From: Geosiphon pyriformis uo1
Taxonomy: Eukaryota; Fungi; Glomeromycota
DNA length: 64,000 nucleotides
NCBI GenBank assembly: GCA_016748015.1
Contig: JAAOMT010000003.1
Coordinates: 1,368,373-1,432,372, forward strand
Direction of reading: 5' to 3'
In this document: positions 37,638 to 50,948 of the stretch, piece after piece
Position numbering within the stretch: position 1 is the stretch's first letter
Layout of the letters: the number at the start of each line of letters is the position of its first letter
Made by a program: the position numbers and the translations under genes
Notes under the pieces: generated by a model
The model's database searches: none
The model's input: only the letters and a program-made list of their open reading frames with translations
What the model was told of the DNA's origin: nothing

Positions 37638-39552
37638 AATATAGATTAATTGTTACCCGTTTTTTAGAATTTTCCTTCATTTTTCGTAATAATATAATAT
37701 TTTTCTAAGTAAATTTTGGTTTTCTATACTAAAATTTTCTTCTGCTAATTGTTCTTCAAATCTAATTACCTTTTTTAATGCTTCATATGCTTCTGTAATT
37801 GTAATTATAGCAGGTGGAGATTCTAATTCTTCTTCCGAGTCATTAATTGTATTGGTTTCAATTTGAGCATCGGCTAAAACCATATCTACAATTTCATTAT
37901 CATCAAGAATATTTTCAGTTGCCAATAATTCATCAACTGCTACAGTATAATCTTCGAGATTTTTGACCAATTTTTGCTTGTTTTATGTTCAATTTATTTC
38001 TAAAAAATAAATTAATATTAGATAAAATTATATAATATATAATGATAATAATACTGTATATATTATATTACTTAACTGTTCAATATTAATTTTTTGTTCA
38101 AATTGATGTAAAATATGTTGACAATATAAATGCTTATATTTGCCTTTGAAAGATTTGATAATGCCAGCATCAATTGGTTGAAGATGTGATATAGTATTTT
38201 GGAGGAAAATAGTGCAAAGTAATATTGGTCAATTAGAATGAATCTTCCCCGATTTGAGTATGATGAGAAGTTGCATTATCAACCAAAAGTAATATATGCC
38301 AATTTTGAATTCGAAAGCCTTCATTTATATATTTGAGCCATGCTTTCCATATATCTGAGTGCATCCATGCTTTGGAATTGAATTTGTAAATCACAGGTAG
38401 GTTAGAAGTATTAATTCCTTTAAAGCATCTTGGATTTTTTGCATGTCCAATTACTAAAGGTTGCAATTTGTGAGATCCAGTTGAATTTGTAGCAAGAAAA
38501 ATTGTAATCCAAGATTTATCCTATAAAAAACCCAATTAATTTAATATAAGAATAATATATAACGATAACAATTGGTAAATATAATATACCAATTTTTTTC
38601 CTGCATTTCGACATTTTGCAAGTGTTTGATTTGGTTCCATACGAAAAAATAATTCTGTTTTATCAGCATTATATATGTCAGCAGGATCAAATTCGGATAT
38701 AATGGTTTTTAATTTTCTTCGTTCTTCTGGTAAACTTTCAGTTGATACACTTACTGCTTCACCATGAAATCGGTAAACACGTAACTGGTTTCGTTTTTTG
38801 ACTTTTTGAACCCATCCATTTGAGAATTGCATTTCATTCTTGTGCATACCAAGAAGTTTGGCAAATTCTTTTCCTTTCTCTTTAATTAGTTGATCATTGA
38901 ATTCGATAGTAGCTGCAGTTACTTGTTCTACCCAATAACTTAAAGCTTGGTCTAATAATGGAAATTTAATGCTTTTGTGTCGAATAGATCTTTATGAGAT
39001 TTCATTAATTTCAATATTCAACCACTTTGCATGCTCTTTGGATATTTATGATTGAAGTAAGCTACAATATTATCATGTTTCGTGCCAGAGTGATTTTTGG
39101 AATATTGACAAATTTCTTTACGAAGAGCATCATTAACTGCTGCTTGTTTTTGTTTTTTGAATAAAGGTTCCGGACATTGTGATAATTTAGCAAGTTTGTT
39201 AGAAAATGTGCCTATAACGATAATATTAGATTTGGTTTTAGCAAGCCTGAATTGGAATACAATAGGGGCTAAGAGTAAATCCAATGTAAATCGATTTAAA
39301 AGTAAGTTAGGATGAAATCAATTCAATACGTTCTAACTCTTTTCCCAATTACCAATTAACATCTAGCACGTGATATTTGTTCTTATATGAAGGTAAATTT
39401 CGAATAAACGTTTGATAAAATTATGTTTTTGTTCCTTTATAGATTATTCTTATATAGAGGGAAAATTGTTAATTAATCAATTGGTTCTATAAAAATTGTT
39501 CTTTGTAAGAGGTTGTTCTTTTATCGAGGGTTTTTTTATGGAGGTCTGACTG
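37468..39552 (-). mobile_element. pogo/Tigger-like DNA transposon, copy 2, defective and internally deleted
   Basis: Near-identical to 8795-11045, with the same TIRs and TA flanks (37466-67, 39553-54) but unrelated outer flanks. 2085 bp versus 2251 bp. Confidence 0.93.
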
Positions 39553-39737
39553 TATACATATATATATATATATATATATATGGAGAAATTATATTGTAGA
39601 AAAATTTATTTCTTTAAACTAAATTAATTGCGGTTTTTTATTAATGATGTAAAACTCTTTTATCCAAACAATCATGTCCATAAACAAATTTATAAAGTTA
39701 CTACATGGTTAGAAAGGTGTTGAGAATACTTAAACAT

Positions 39738-39777
<40 letters not shown>
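39738..39777. repeat. (GAT)n microsatellite; a (TA)n run at 39553-39581 abuts the transposon end
   Basis: Direct inspection. Confidence 0.9.
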
Positions 39778-40183
39778 AACACACACTTTAAAAAATAAAG
39801 TAGTTTGAAAATTTGAATGTTTAATTTGTATTTGTGTCTTTACACCAAATGATCAAAAGAATCAATTATTATTATTAATTTTAGAAATATAGATTTAGTG
39901 AGCTCTTAAAATAAAAAATTACAATTCATTATTTAACGAATGATTTAGAATCAGCTTTTCTTTAATTTCTCAACATGAGCTTTTGAAATAATAAGAGTGT
40001 TTATTGAATTAGATCTACAGCTTGTTTTTATGAATTATTACCCAGAAAACGTTTCTAATGATGAAGAAATTCATAGGATTTTAACAAAGGTAAACTATAA
40101 AATTTTTTAGAATCATTAAATCTTATGTTCAATTCATTCCAAAGAAATAATAGTCAAAAATTTTCATTTTATAAAGTTATTCG

Positions 40184-40642
40184 TTACTCACAAACAAGAT
40201 GTCTTTGAAGGTTATCTAAAGTTTTTCCAAGTGTTTGCATATTACGCTGACTGAAATCGTAAAACTCGTCTTTCAAATGATTATAATTGACTGGAATAGT
40301 CTCATCTATTTCGACACTCAATCTTTCCTTAAGATTTATTAAATTTTCAATTCTGTTCCATTTCAGATATTTCTTGTGAACAGCATTCAAAGAATTTTTC
40401 ATCATTTTTATCCCTTCAGAAATTTTTAGAAAATTAGAAATAAAACCAAAAAAATTTAAAGAAAAATTTTTTTATATATACTTTTTGAGGTTCAATCTAT
40501 GAAGCCTTTTATCATTTGACCTATGATTAATCGTATAAAGAATTGTCATAATATGTCGAAGTTGTGCCTTGCGAAGGGTAAAGTTTGCGGTACAAGTTGC
40601 CGGGTGATCTTCAAGAGTACACTTTTGTGATGTAGCTTTCAT
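40184..40642 (-). CDS. Possible hypothetical multi-exon gene or relic
   Basis: Two coding-like segments (MKATSQKCTLEDHP... and MMKNSLNAVH...) separated by an AT-rich intron-like gap. The splice phases could not be reconciled. Confidence 0.3.
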
Positions 40643-41557
40643 TTATTTTCTTTTTTCTTTTTTTCTTTTTTTCTTTTTTCTTTTTTTGAAGAAAGATTTT
40701 AAAGAATTTTATAAATTTTTAAACGAAAAATATCAACTCTAAATCATAATATTTAAAAATAAAATAAAAGTTAAATAGCCTATTTTTTCATAATATTGAT
40801 TAATAATTTTTAGATATTAAATATATATATCCCTGCATTTTAGAGCTGATTCATAAATTTTATCAAGTACTTGTTGAATTAATAAAAAATGCTAATTAGA
40901 AAAATAAGTTAAATGATAAAAAGGAAAAAATGAGATTGAATAATTTGTTCAAAGATATTATTTGTGAATTTTAAAATTAAAAATTGTCTGCTTTAATTCT
41001 TAGAAACAATTTTTATGAAATATTTCGAGTCACAAATTTTTCACTTGAATCTAAAATTTTTTCAAATTACAAGGAAGAACCATTCCAAAAGATTATTGTT
41101 TTTTTATAAATATTTATGATAGCGAGGTAAATTCAGCCCTTTGTTTGCAATTTTAAAGGGAAAAAGATATTTTATATATATATATATATATTTGATTAGA
41201 CCACTTTCGAAATTTTAGGTATGAAATAAATGAGCCATACTTGAATGTAATGATGGGAAAATTGGTATGAACAATAAACCTGAATATTGGAAACACTATT
41301 ATCCTTCTTCCAGTTATTTCTAGTTATCATTATTTAGAAATACACATTTCACCAATTTTTTATTAACTTTATTGACAGTAGTTAGTGCTTTCATGATCAA
41401 CCCGACAATCTCGGAAGATGGTTAAAAAATTATATTTGTCGCTGGTTTGCTTTTATTTTATTTTATTTTATTTTTTGTTACACCAGAATTTGAAATATAT
41501 CTGAGAACACTTTTGATTTCAATTCTAATAAAGATAGGTATTCGTATTACCGTCACT

Positions 41558-42845
41558 ATGAAACTTTTACAAAATTGTACTTTTAACTCATTTTTAAAAG
41601 AAAAAATCTTACTATTATGGATCACCACCCTCCTTGGGTTATTCATCATCTTAGAAAAGTATAGTAATAATGAGAAAATTTACAAAATTTCGGAAAGATT
41701 AGAAGCAGCAGAACTAGATCCTGTAATTGGAAGAGATTCTTCTAAAATTGACAGTTCATGGCAGAATATGACAAGCTCAATTAATTTTAAAAGAAACATG
41801 GAGAAAGTAAAACTAGAAATGACATATTCATTTGTCCGGTACTTTCAAAGATACGCTTGGTACGCCATGAAAACTTATTGCTTTGATAAAGAGGATATAA
41901 TAGGCGAAGAAATTTCTGGTAAGACTGAACAAGTTTTTCCTTGATTTAATCTCATCAAAATTCTAATCGATTTCATCAATTTGCTCCTTCATCAAGCTAG
42001 CTTAAAAGTAATAGATGGTGAATTGATATTTAGCGTGAAAGGTGAACCGGTTAATAATCATAATTATTGGAATTTGAGGCCTTCGAACTCTTTCATCGAA
42101 TACGCGCCAGGAAAGAGAGTCGATAAACTATTTTATGAACAATATAGCAAAGTCGCTCTGATTCTTCTTAGAAAAATTTCAAACACTATTATTAAAACCG
42201 GGATTGAGAATGTGGTCGGTGTTGGTCATGGTATTGGAGGTGGTAGGTAGAATACTAGATTTTTTTTTTTTGGAAGAAATTCTTTACTTACATCATCTAA
42301 ATATTTTTCTTTTTCTCTTTTATACTTAGTATTTTTAATATTTGCACTACTAGAAGTATGGAACATAAGAGCGATATTTAAAGATTTACAAATAAAAGTA
42401 GTAACGTTTGGACAACCATACATTGGCGATAAATTTTTCGTCCAATCTCTACTTCAATACCCAGGAAGTTTTGATATTTATCGATTCACAAATACCGATG
42501 ATTATGTTTCAAGATTACCAGAAAGTTCAATAGGAACATATTATAAGCATACCGGCTTGGAACTTTGGAATGATGTTTGTAATTGTCCGGATGAAATAAA
42601 AATTTATCTATGTCAAGGGCCTATTATTAAAGAAGGTGATTCAAATTTTATTCGAGAGAGTCAGGTAAGAAAATTTTTATATAGTCAGCAACAAAATTCT
42701 GATTTTTAAAAGACTTTTTTATCCATTTTTCGGTTTCCAGGAATGCAATAATCAATATACTACCAAATCTTTTGAAGCGCATAATGGTCCTTATTTGGGA
42801 GTGATGATGGGCCAATGTTTGAATACGTCACCACCGTGGAAATAA
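41558..42845 (+). CDS. Class-3 lipase-fold pseudoenzyme with TM anchor, paralog 2 (GHGIGG)
   Basis: YAWYAMKTYC, FSVKGE, VGVGHGIGG|, VTFGQPYIGD, YRFTNTDDYVSRLP, CNCP, YLCQG, ECNN...AHNGPYLG..GQC. Four exons in frame. Confidence 0.82.
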
Positions 42846-43209
42846 AATAACTATTATTATTATTATTATTATTATTAATTTTCTTTGATCATTTGAAGCA
42901 AGGAAAGTTTTAAAAGTTATCGTTGAAAATAACTTCTTTTAACGTATTTATAAAAGTAAATTCCTTCTGAAATCATAAAAAGAAAATTTTAAAATCATGA
43001 ATTTTATAATATTATGGATTAACTTCTCTGGTATTTCGTTAAATAGCTTTTTTATAATATTTTTAAATTTTTTGAATTTTAAAGTATTCATTACCACTGT
43101 CCGACATTTAACTAAAAAAAAAAAAGTCATTTTATGAATATATATATATAGAAAAGTAGTTTTACGATTTACAAATTTAAATGGGCTCACAAATTTAAAG
43201 AGTGAATAT

Positions 43210-44570
43210 TCATGATGAGAGTGGTAATAATGGGTCCAGGCATATTCCCATCCTTATGCCAAGGTACGGTCCATTATTTGCCCTAAAGCTTGTTGTATTA
43301 AATTGATTAACGCATTCCTGTGACCAAAGTAAATTCTTTAAGTGATCAATTCCAGTTCATGAATAAAATTTCTTGATTTTTTTGTGACATAATAACTTAC
43401 ATTACTCTCCTCGATAAAAAGGTACTCATTAGTACCCGTAATAAGCCCTGGGCATTTATAAATCATTGAATTGCAATCACAAGAATCATCAATCCAAAAT
43501 TCCATCATGGAGTGAGTGAAACTATTCGTTGGCAGCCTTGGCAAGGGGTCATCATCATGGGTGAATCTATAGATCTGAATGTATTCTTGGAGACTATTAA
43601 GAAATTGTGCAAAATAACGGTCTCCTATTCTTGGTTGCCCAAATGTGTACACTTTAAGGGATGGTTTTCTATTGAAATTCTTGACACGTTCCCAATACTG
43701 AAGGATTGCAAATGTTGCGTAAACTATTTATTTAGAATTTAGGAGTTTGAAAATTTTATTATTTAGTTTTGAATTAAGTCAATTTAAACCAATTAAAATT
43801 AGGGATTATAACATACCCCCTCCAACCCCATGACCCACGGCTACAATGCTATCTAATTTCGTGAGCTTTTGCGTATTTTGTAGTAAATCGATGATCTGAT
43901 TTTGAGCTTGAAGGAAATTTGTGTAGAAAATTGCATCAACTTGGGTATTCGAATCCAAATATTGAATTAAATTGGTTAATCGCGTTGACCAGTAATTTAG
44001 GTAGTTAGCTCTTTCCCCTTTAACAAATAAGATGATTTCCTTTTTTTCTACTTTTATACCAACTAATGAATAGATAAAATATTTAAAAACTTGCATAGCA
44101 TTTCAAAGGAGATTTTAATTTTAATTATTCTTACCATAAATAAAGGGAGTAATCATTTGTACCAAATGAGTACAATAAGCTTCCATAGCGTACCATGCAT
44201 ATCTCTTTTTAACCCTTTGTAAAAAAAATTGATCAGTGATTAATTCTCTATTCTCTGAAATTTGTCTCAACATTAACGTATTTTTCTTTTTAGCCTTGCT
44301 CCTATTTAAGGAGATTGTAAGAGAAATTTTTGAAAATAAATTCTCAGTAGTGTTAGTTTCTTGTAAAGGTTTATCAAGAGATCCAAATCTATCAAGAGAA
44401 TAGTGTGATTGATTAGATGATTTTATTAACCACCAGGTAAATAAAAAGATGACAAAAATACTCGAGAATAAAAAGATCTTTTGAATTTGGTATCCATTTT
44501 TATGTAAAGATTTTTGTTTATCATTGTATAAAATGTGAAAAGAATTTGGAAATAACAAAGTATTAGACAT
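43210..44570 (-). CDS. Class-3 lipase-fold pseudoenzyme with TM anchor, paralog 3 (GHGVGG, His to Asn)
   Basis: YAWYAMEAYC, LFVKGE, AVGHGVGG|, YTFGQPRIGD, YRFTHDDDPLPRLP, SCDC, YKCPG, ECVN...ANNGPYLG..GIC. Confidence 0.82.
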
Positions 44571-45110
44571 TAGAAAAAAAAAAAAAACCCCCCTATTGTC
44601 AATGAATAAGAGTACGCGCAAATTTTTCTCTTTCAAAATAACAATTTTTATAATGAGTTTTAACATGTGATTCAAAGATTTGGCAAACAAAAAACAATAA
44701 ATTTCGAATTTTCAAGATTGATAAGCCTTTTGTTTTGAACGAGGCTCTCCTAACTTTGTATTTATATTTTTTTTGTTTCATTTTTTTTTTTGAACATTCT
44801 TCAATTAAAATGATTTTACTTTTGAATTTAAAAATTCCTAAATATAAATTGCTCTTTATCATTCTCAATAATGATTTTCGTTACTTGAGAAGGGATTTTA
44901 GTGACCTTTAAATATCATTCTTTTACACTTGAAATTATATCTTTCAAATTAATAAACCCCTATATAAATAAAAGAGTTTTTTCTTATATATAGCAAAAAT
45001 AGATAATTGAGGGTGGAAGGGGTTTAATTGAAAAATAAGAATTTCTAGTCTTTGAATAGCACACATGAAGATAGTTTAAGACTCGTTTTTTGTTTTTTTT
45101 TTAAAAATAT

Positions 45111-45220
45111 TGAATCAAAGTTTTTATAATTCATTTGGTTTATTTTATTGAATCAAAGTTTTATAATTCATTTGGTTTTTTTTTTGTATCGAATCAAAGT
45201 TTTATAATTCATTTGGTTTA
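45111..45220. repeat. Three tandem copies of GAATCAAAGTTTT(T)ATAATTCATTTGGTTT (~38-41 bp period)
   Basis: Direct inspection. Confidence 0.88.
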
Positions 45221-45723
45221 TCGTATAGATTCCACGAATTAATTATCTACCCCAAAAAGTTAAGATTCTTCATGAAAATAATGAACATTCTTTAATAAAA
45301 ATCTTAACAAATTACAAAATTACAAAAATAGCCAAGGAAAGCTAATTTTCATTTTTAAAACCCCCTGACGTTTCCGAAAGCTAATATGATAATATTATCT
45401 GGGAAATTCTCCTCAATGCATGATTTTTGAAAATTTCGAAGCTTCTAATAATTACCTAAAAAGAAGTTACACGTATAAATCACATGTTTTCAAGTCAATA
45501 CCGAAATTAGACGATTCCTAAAAGAGGTCCTCACACGTTTAGATGATGTATTTCTCGTCGCAGAAAAATTGATGATATAACTTGTCATCATACGCCGTCA
45601 TAATCAACCCTATCTCTAAAATTTTAAGCGTGGGATCACGTTTCGATTGAGGAGAAAAAGAGCTTATAAAATGGCAGGAGCCTGGTTTAAATTTTTTTTT
45701 GGAAACTAAGCTAAAATACTATC

Positions 45724-46409
45724 ATGAAGCCTCTAACAAAATCCTTAAATAGAAAAATCACATTTTTACATTCTATACTAAAACCAAATCAAAAAAGCCT
45801 AGTTAAAGTTCACCAAGAGTGGATTTTACTTCGCCCATATAGCACTTCCGGGACAAGAGCAAAGTAAGCAAAACTTTTCAAAGCATTATAAACAACTTAA
45901 AATATTTTAATCGCAATCAATCCTAACTACGGAATATTTAGTAATGCGAACGAACGAGATTATAATGAAAAAATCACAATCGAGAAGGAACGAGTGATCA
46001 AAGGTAAATTTGAGACTTGCGCACTTTAATTAGTTCTTAAATTATCTTGTATAATTTGCCAAAAATATTTTTGTAACTCTTTAATTTATTCTATGTTAAT
46101 AAAGGAGAAGTAAAAAGCCGAATTGGATCTGCTCCAGGATGGAGTGAAATCTTAGCGTCCGAAAGTGAGGCAATGGTAAGTCAACGAAAAGGTAACGTGA
46201 TATTTAAAAAGTTTAACTTTATCCAAACTCATCATCTACAAACTTGAATTTACTAGATAAAAGCCGATCGACACCCCATTGATCATACCTCCATTGAACA
46301 ACTTCAAAGAGAATCTGCTAAAGTGTTACATCTCGAACATGATAATCAAGGATCTGACACTTATCAAGAAGCCCATGAAATGGAGGAAAGACCAAAGTTA
46401 AAGGTTTGA
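45724..46409 (+). CDS. Small 4-exon putative mitochondrial protein (absent from the ORF track)
   Basis: Exons join in frame across GT-AG introns: MKPLTKSLNRK...LLRPYSTSGTRAN|...RVIK|GEVKSRIGSAPGWSEILASESEAM|IKADRHPIDHTSIEQLQRESAKVL...KLKV*. Confidence 0.78.
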
Positions 46410-47046
46410 ATTTAATAGCAGTGTACGCTAATTAGCATACAAAGAGAGATGGGACTTTATTACAATTAGTTCATTGTCTATCGTTGTAAAACTGTGTTCA
46501 CCAAGAAATTTTCAAAAAATCGATAAAACTTAAAAATCCAATAATTTAATAAGATTTTTAAAATTACTGGGATTGATTGTACACATAAATAGTAGGTAGT
46601 ATTAAGCATTGCTAAGTAAGACTACCATTTTCTGTATGACCTTGATGGGGAGGACTCCAGAGTCCTATTTTCATCTCTGTTCATTATAACCCTGCGATCC
46701 CGGCAATTTTATCCTTTATCAGTTAAAACTCTTGAATGTATAGGTCTCATTTTGTAATGGTAACTTGGACTCTTACCTTCTTGGCCTTGACTATCAAATG
46801 CTGAAAAAAATAGCAATATGCCAAAGAGAGCATTTTCTGACATCAGTAAAAAGTATACAAAAATCGTAATCAATGAAAAAGTGTATGTATAGAGCTGTCT
46901 GCTTGGGTTTTGGCAAACTTGTCTTTCACATTTCATAGAATCAATTTTTCAAAAATATCCAAGTTTACCATATATATATATATATTTATTCTTATTATAT
47001 AAAAATAATTTTTTTTAATTTGTATTAACATAAAAATCGGGTTTAC

Positions 47047-47078
<32 letters not shown>

Positions 47079-47530
47079 TAAAAATAAAAAGATGAATTTT
47101 ATATTATGATAACTTTATATGATTAGATGTGCTAACACACAAAATGATGATGTATATATATACAATATTCTATTTTTAAAAATTTTTTAATTTAAAAAAA
47201 GATCTGGGAATAAAACAATATTTTGATTGATAAACATTTGTAAAGTATTTTTATGGATAGAAATTACTCAGCAAAAAGTTTTCAATTATCTAAGCCTTTT
47301 TTGATTTAGTTTAATCGTCAGAAATGACATAAAATACATGATTAATTCTGATAAGACTAAACTTTTTACAGCCATTATTTTGGAAGTTATTTCCTAAAAA
47401 GGTTCAAAAGACTTCTATTTAAAAATAATAATTCACATTATTTACATTTTCATTTTTCGATGTGGGAGTTTACAAAATGTGATTGAAACGTTGTGTCTAA
47501 CTAGATAAATAATAGCTTATCTCTACGCGT

Positions 47531-49471
47531 TTAAAAGAGTTCGGGATGTTGTTTTTTCATGAGGTCACATGTAAATTTGCGATCATCGAGAATTTTTGGT
47601 ATCCATCCATTTTCCTGATGGAAATAAAATATATTTCAGAAAATTTAAAAATTCTAGAAAATTCAATTTCCTGCAAATTACATACCACGCCTAACTGATA
47701 ATCCCATTTTGGATTGATATTATTCTCAGTCTTCCAAGTCCAATAAAACCAACCGCTTCCTGCTTCAAATGCTTCCATTTGTAATTCAATCAGCGCCAGC
47801 TCATAATCCTTATCCGATTGTGTCCAAGACTCCCAATTCTTTTGACTTTGACAGGCACAATTTGGGCATCCCGTATTAGGGGATTTACTATGTGTGTCAA
47901 AGCCGTTAAAGTCTTTCGCACAATCATCTGTTGCTGCTGCCCATTCACTTACAATTGTTGAACTAAAATCTTTTTCACTGAGCGCAATATCTTGTTTCCA
48001 TTTAACGCATGGGTAAGCCAATTTTTCGTTATCAGAAGAATTAGATAAATTTTTCACATATCCCAAGTAATTATGAGTGCCTTTGATTGAAAAGATTAAA
48101 ATAAGTCAATATTTTATAAGTAATAAATTAATAAAGTAATAAAGTAATAAAGTAATAAAGTAATAAAGTAATAAAATATTATTTAGGAATTTCAGTTTAC
48201 TCACCCAATATTTTAAACTTTTCGTCTTTGAAAAGGTCAGTATTTGACCAAAATTTAAGTCCGTAATGCGCTTCATCCAATATAACATAAGGCTTTTGAT
48301 TTGTGTCGTTATACGAGTCTTGTATGATATTGTAGGCTTTCAAATAAAAATCCGTAAAATTTCCAGTAAAATTTCGAGCTACCGGTTCGTTAACAGGTCC
48401 CAATAGTGTCACTACATCACTATAATTTGATTTTTTAAAAAAGTTTGCTAACGATTTTACCATCCGAAGAGTTCTTGCGCTATCTGTTGGACTATTATTT
48501 AGTTCATTTACAAACTCAACTTCAGTAAGCTGACCTTTGTGATTTATGAAAACGTTAAAAAAATCAGATTAGAAGAAATCCGATGATTTTTAGAAAAACT
48601 AAAAGTACATACCGTCTTGACCCCCACCAGGTACCACATGTAAATCTACATATACTCTTATACCCTGTTTTCTCGCCCAATTTATCCCTCTTAACAAAAA
48701 TTGCCAGCTTGCAAGCTCCACATAATTTTCACCTTCTTTTTTTTCAATCGCCCAAAATCCTATTGGAATTCGAACATGGTTGAGACCGAACTTTCGCATT
48801 TGAATAAAGTCATCTTCAGTGATAAACTGATCGTAATGGTTCAATAACCTCCTTTTAGCTTCTTTCGGCGATAATGATGAGACCAATGCTGTTTCATTCG
48901 GTGCATTACTATTAAATAATGATGGGACGATGAACGGATCAAGAACCAGCCAACCTCCAATATTTACACCACGTATTTTATAATTTGGATCCCCATAAGG
49001 AAATTTTTGATCTATTGGTGGAGTTGTTTTATCATTAGGTCTTTTGGAATTGTCAAATGTACTACTGTCAATTATCATAAAAGAAGAATCGAGTTGAGGA
49101 AGTATTGGAATTCCAAATTTGTCATACGCAACTTCGGATGGATAATGATATGTGACATTTTTCTTTGGATTAATAAATGACGATGGATCGGAGTCATCAG
49201 TAGCGTTATGATATGTGGCGGAATTTTTTTTTCTAGGTCTCAATACTAGATATACAATTCCAAAAACAATGACAATTATCGTGACAATAAATGACAACAA
49301 TAATTTTTTCCAATTACGACTTAATGAATTTCTGCCAGTTAATGATTTCTCTGACATTGCATCTGATGGTAAAATGGATATTGCTGCCAAATTGGTGAGC
49401 AGTGAATCTGGAATTTCAAAAGATTGTTCTTGAGCTGGTAAAATTTCTTCATTAATGCCATGTCTCTCCAT
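47531..49471 (-). CDS. GH5 exo-beta-1,3-glucanase-like protein, type II membrane-anchored
   Basis: TM helix, IRGVNIGGWLVLDPFIVPSLF, HYDQFITEDDF, GLNHVRIPIGFW, acid/base VNEP, nucleophile IVSEWAAA, GWFYWTWKTE...WDY, ENGWIPK. Confidence 0.9.
48121..48175. repeat. (TAATAAAG)n minisatellite inside a GH5 intron
   Basis: Direct inspection. Confidence 0.85.
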
Positions 49472-50948
49472 TTTAAAATTAAATGCTGTTTTTAGTCAAA
49501 AATATGATTTCTTTTAGTTATCATTTAAAAAATCAAATATAATATCTCACAAGTATTTATTTTGTGAAAAAAAACAAAAAAAAAACAACTCAAGTTCAGG
49601 GAGCTCTGGAAGTTCTGGAGAGAGTGGAATATGTTGATGATAGGACGTAGCTTTAAGTAAGAAAAAAATTGGAGTTGACTCAAAAAAGTTAAAACATTGA
49701 GATAAAAGCAACAGTGAAACCAGAAATATTAGCAACAGCCTCAGTAACGGACAATCATAGTAATATTAGGCTAGGATTAATATTAATATCCATTCTCGTG
49801 AAGGTGTTTCTTTTTATAGTTATACCTATTAATAGATCGTCGCAAATTAGAAAATATATTGTACCCCGTTGACCAATTAGAGATAAATTTCAAAATCCTT
49901 AATAGAGACCACAACCCGATACAAAACCAAGTGATATCATATCATGTGGTAAATGAATCGATGTTTAGAGTTAACTGGTAATAATATATAATCATGGGAA
50001 ACTATATTAGATTAAGAGAAAATACATGCCCATAAAAAAAAAAAAAAAAACTATATCAATTAAGTATTTAATCGACAATAAAGTAAAATTAAAAATAAAC
50101 CTATTATGTATTGTATTCGTCCACATTACGCAAAAGGAAATCAGATCTAGTAATTATCATCATATTAAACTATTGGGGAATGTCCACTTAATTATATAGA
50201 TCCCTTTTATTGAACAACTAGCAAACATTCTCTTTTTCATTGCCATGGACACAAAGAAATCCCTTTAACTTCTAAACCAACTACATAATCATCTTCACCG
50301 AAATCCAAAAAAAATAAAAATAAAAAAAAATGAAAATTATCCTTTCTATAAAATCCGTGTACATTTACATCATTTTGAAACGCCAGAATGATTACAAGAA
50401 TATTTTTATTAGGTCATTAAGTTCCTTGTATAATAAATTTCGAGAAATTTGACTACTATCTGAACCTTTGCAACAAGAATAAGGTAAACCATTTTTATGA
50501 TTTTGGTTGATAAAAAAAAAATATTTAAAATAAGATGGTATAAATAAAAAAATTTGAGCTTATTATAAAATAAAATTTTATTTCAATTTTAATCTTTTTC
50601 TCAAATCACAAACTGAAAAACTATCTTAATTACCCATAAAAGTAATTATAATGATTCTTGTTAAAGAAACAAAAACCTGCATGTTTCTTAAAAGATATCA
50701 AAGATTGTATGCATGAATTTACTTTTTTAAATGCTGCTACCGACAATTTACGCTTAAAACAGTATACTTTTTAGCTTTTTTTTAATTTTTTTTGCATGTC
50801 ATTAAAAACTTAATAAAGCTAAAAAGTTCAATAAATATGTAGGTTAACCTAATAATTTCCTTAAGTTTATGAACGTGTATCAAAAATTTTTGCATTATTG
50901 ATAAAATATTATCAGGGCATCCGTGCTGATCTTCCTGGCATAACAACT

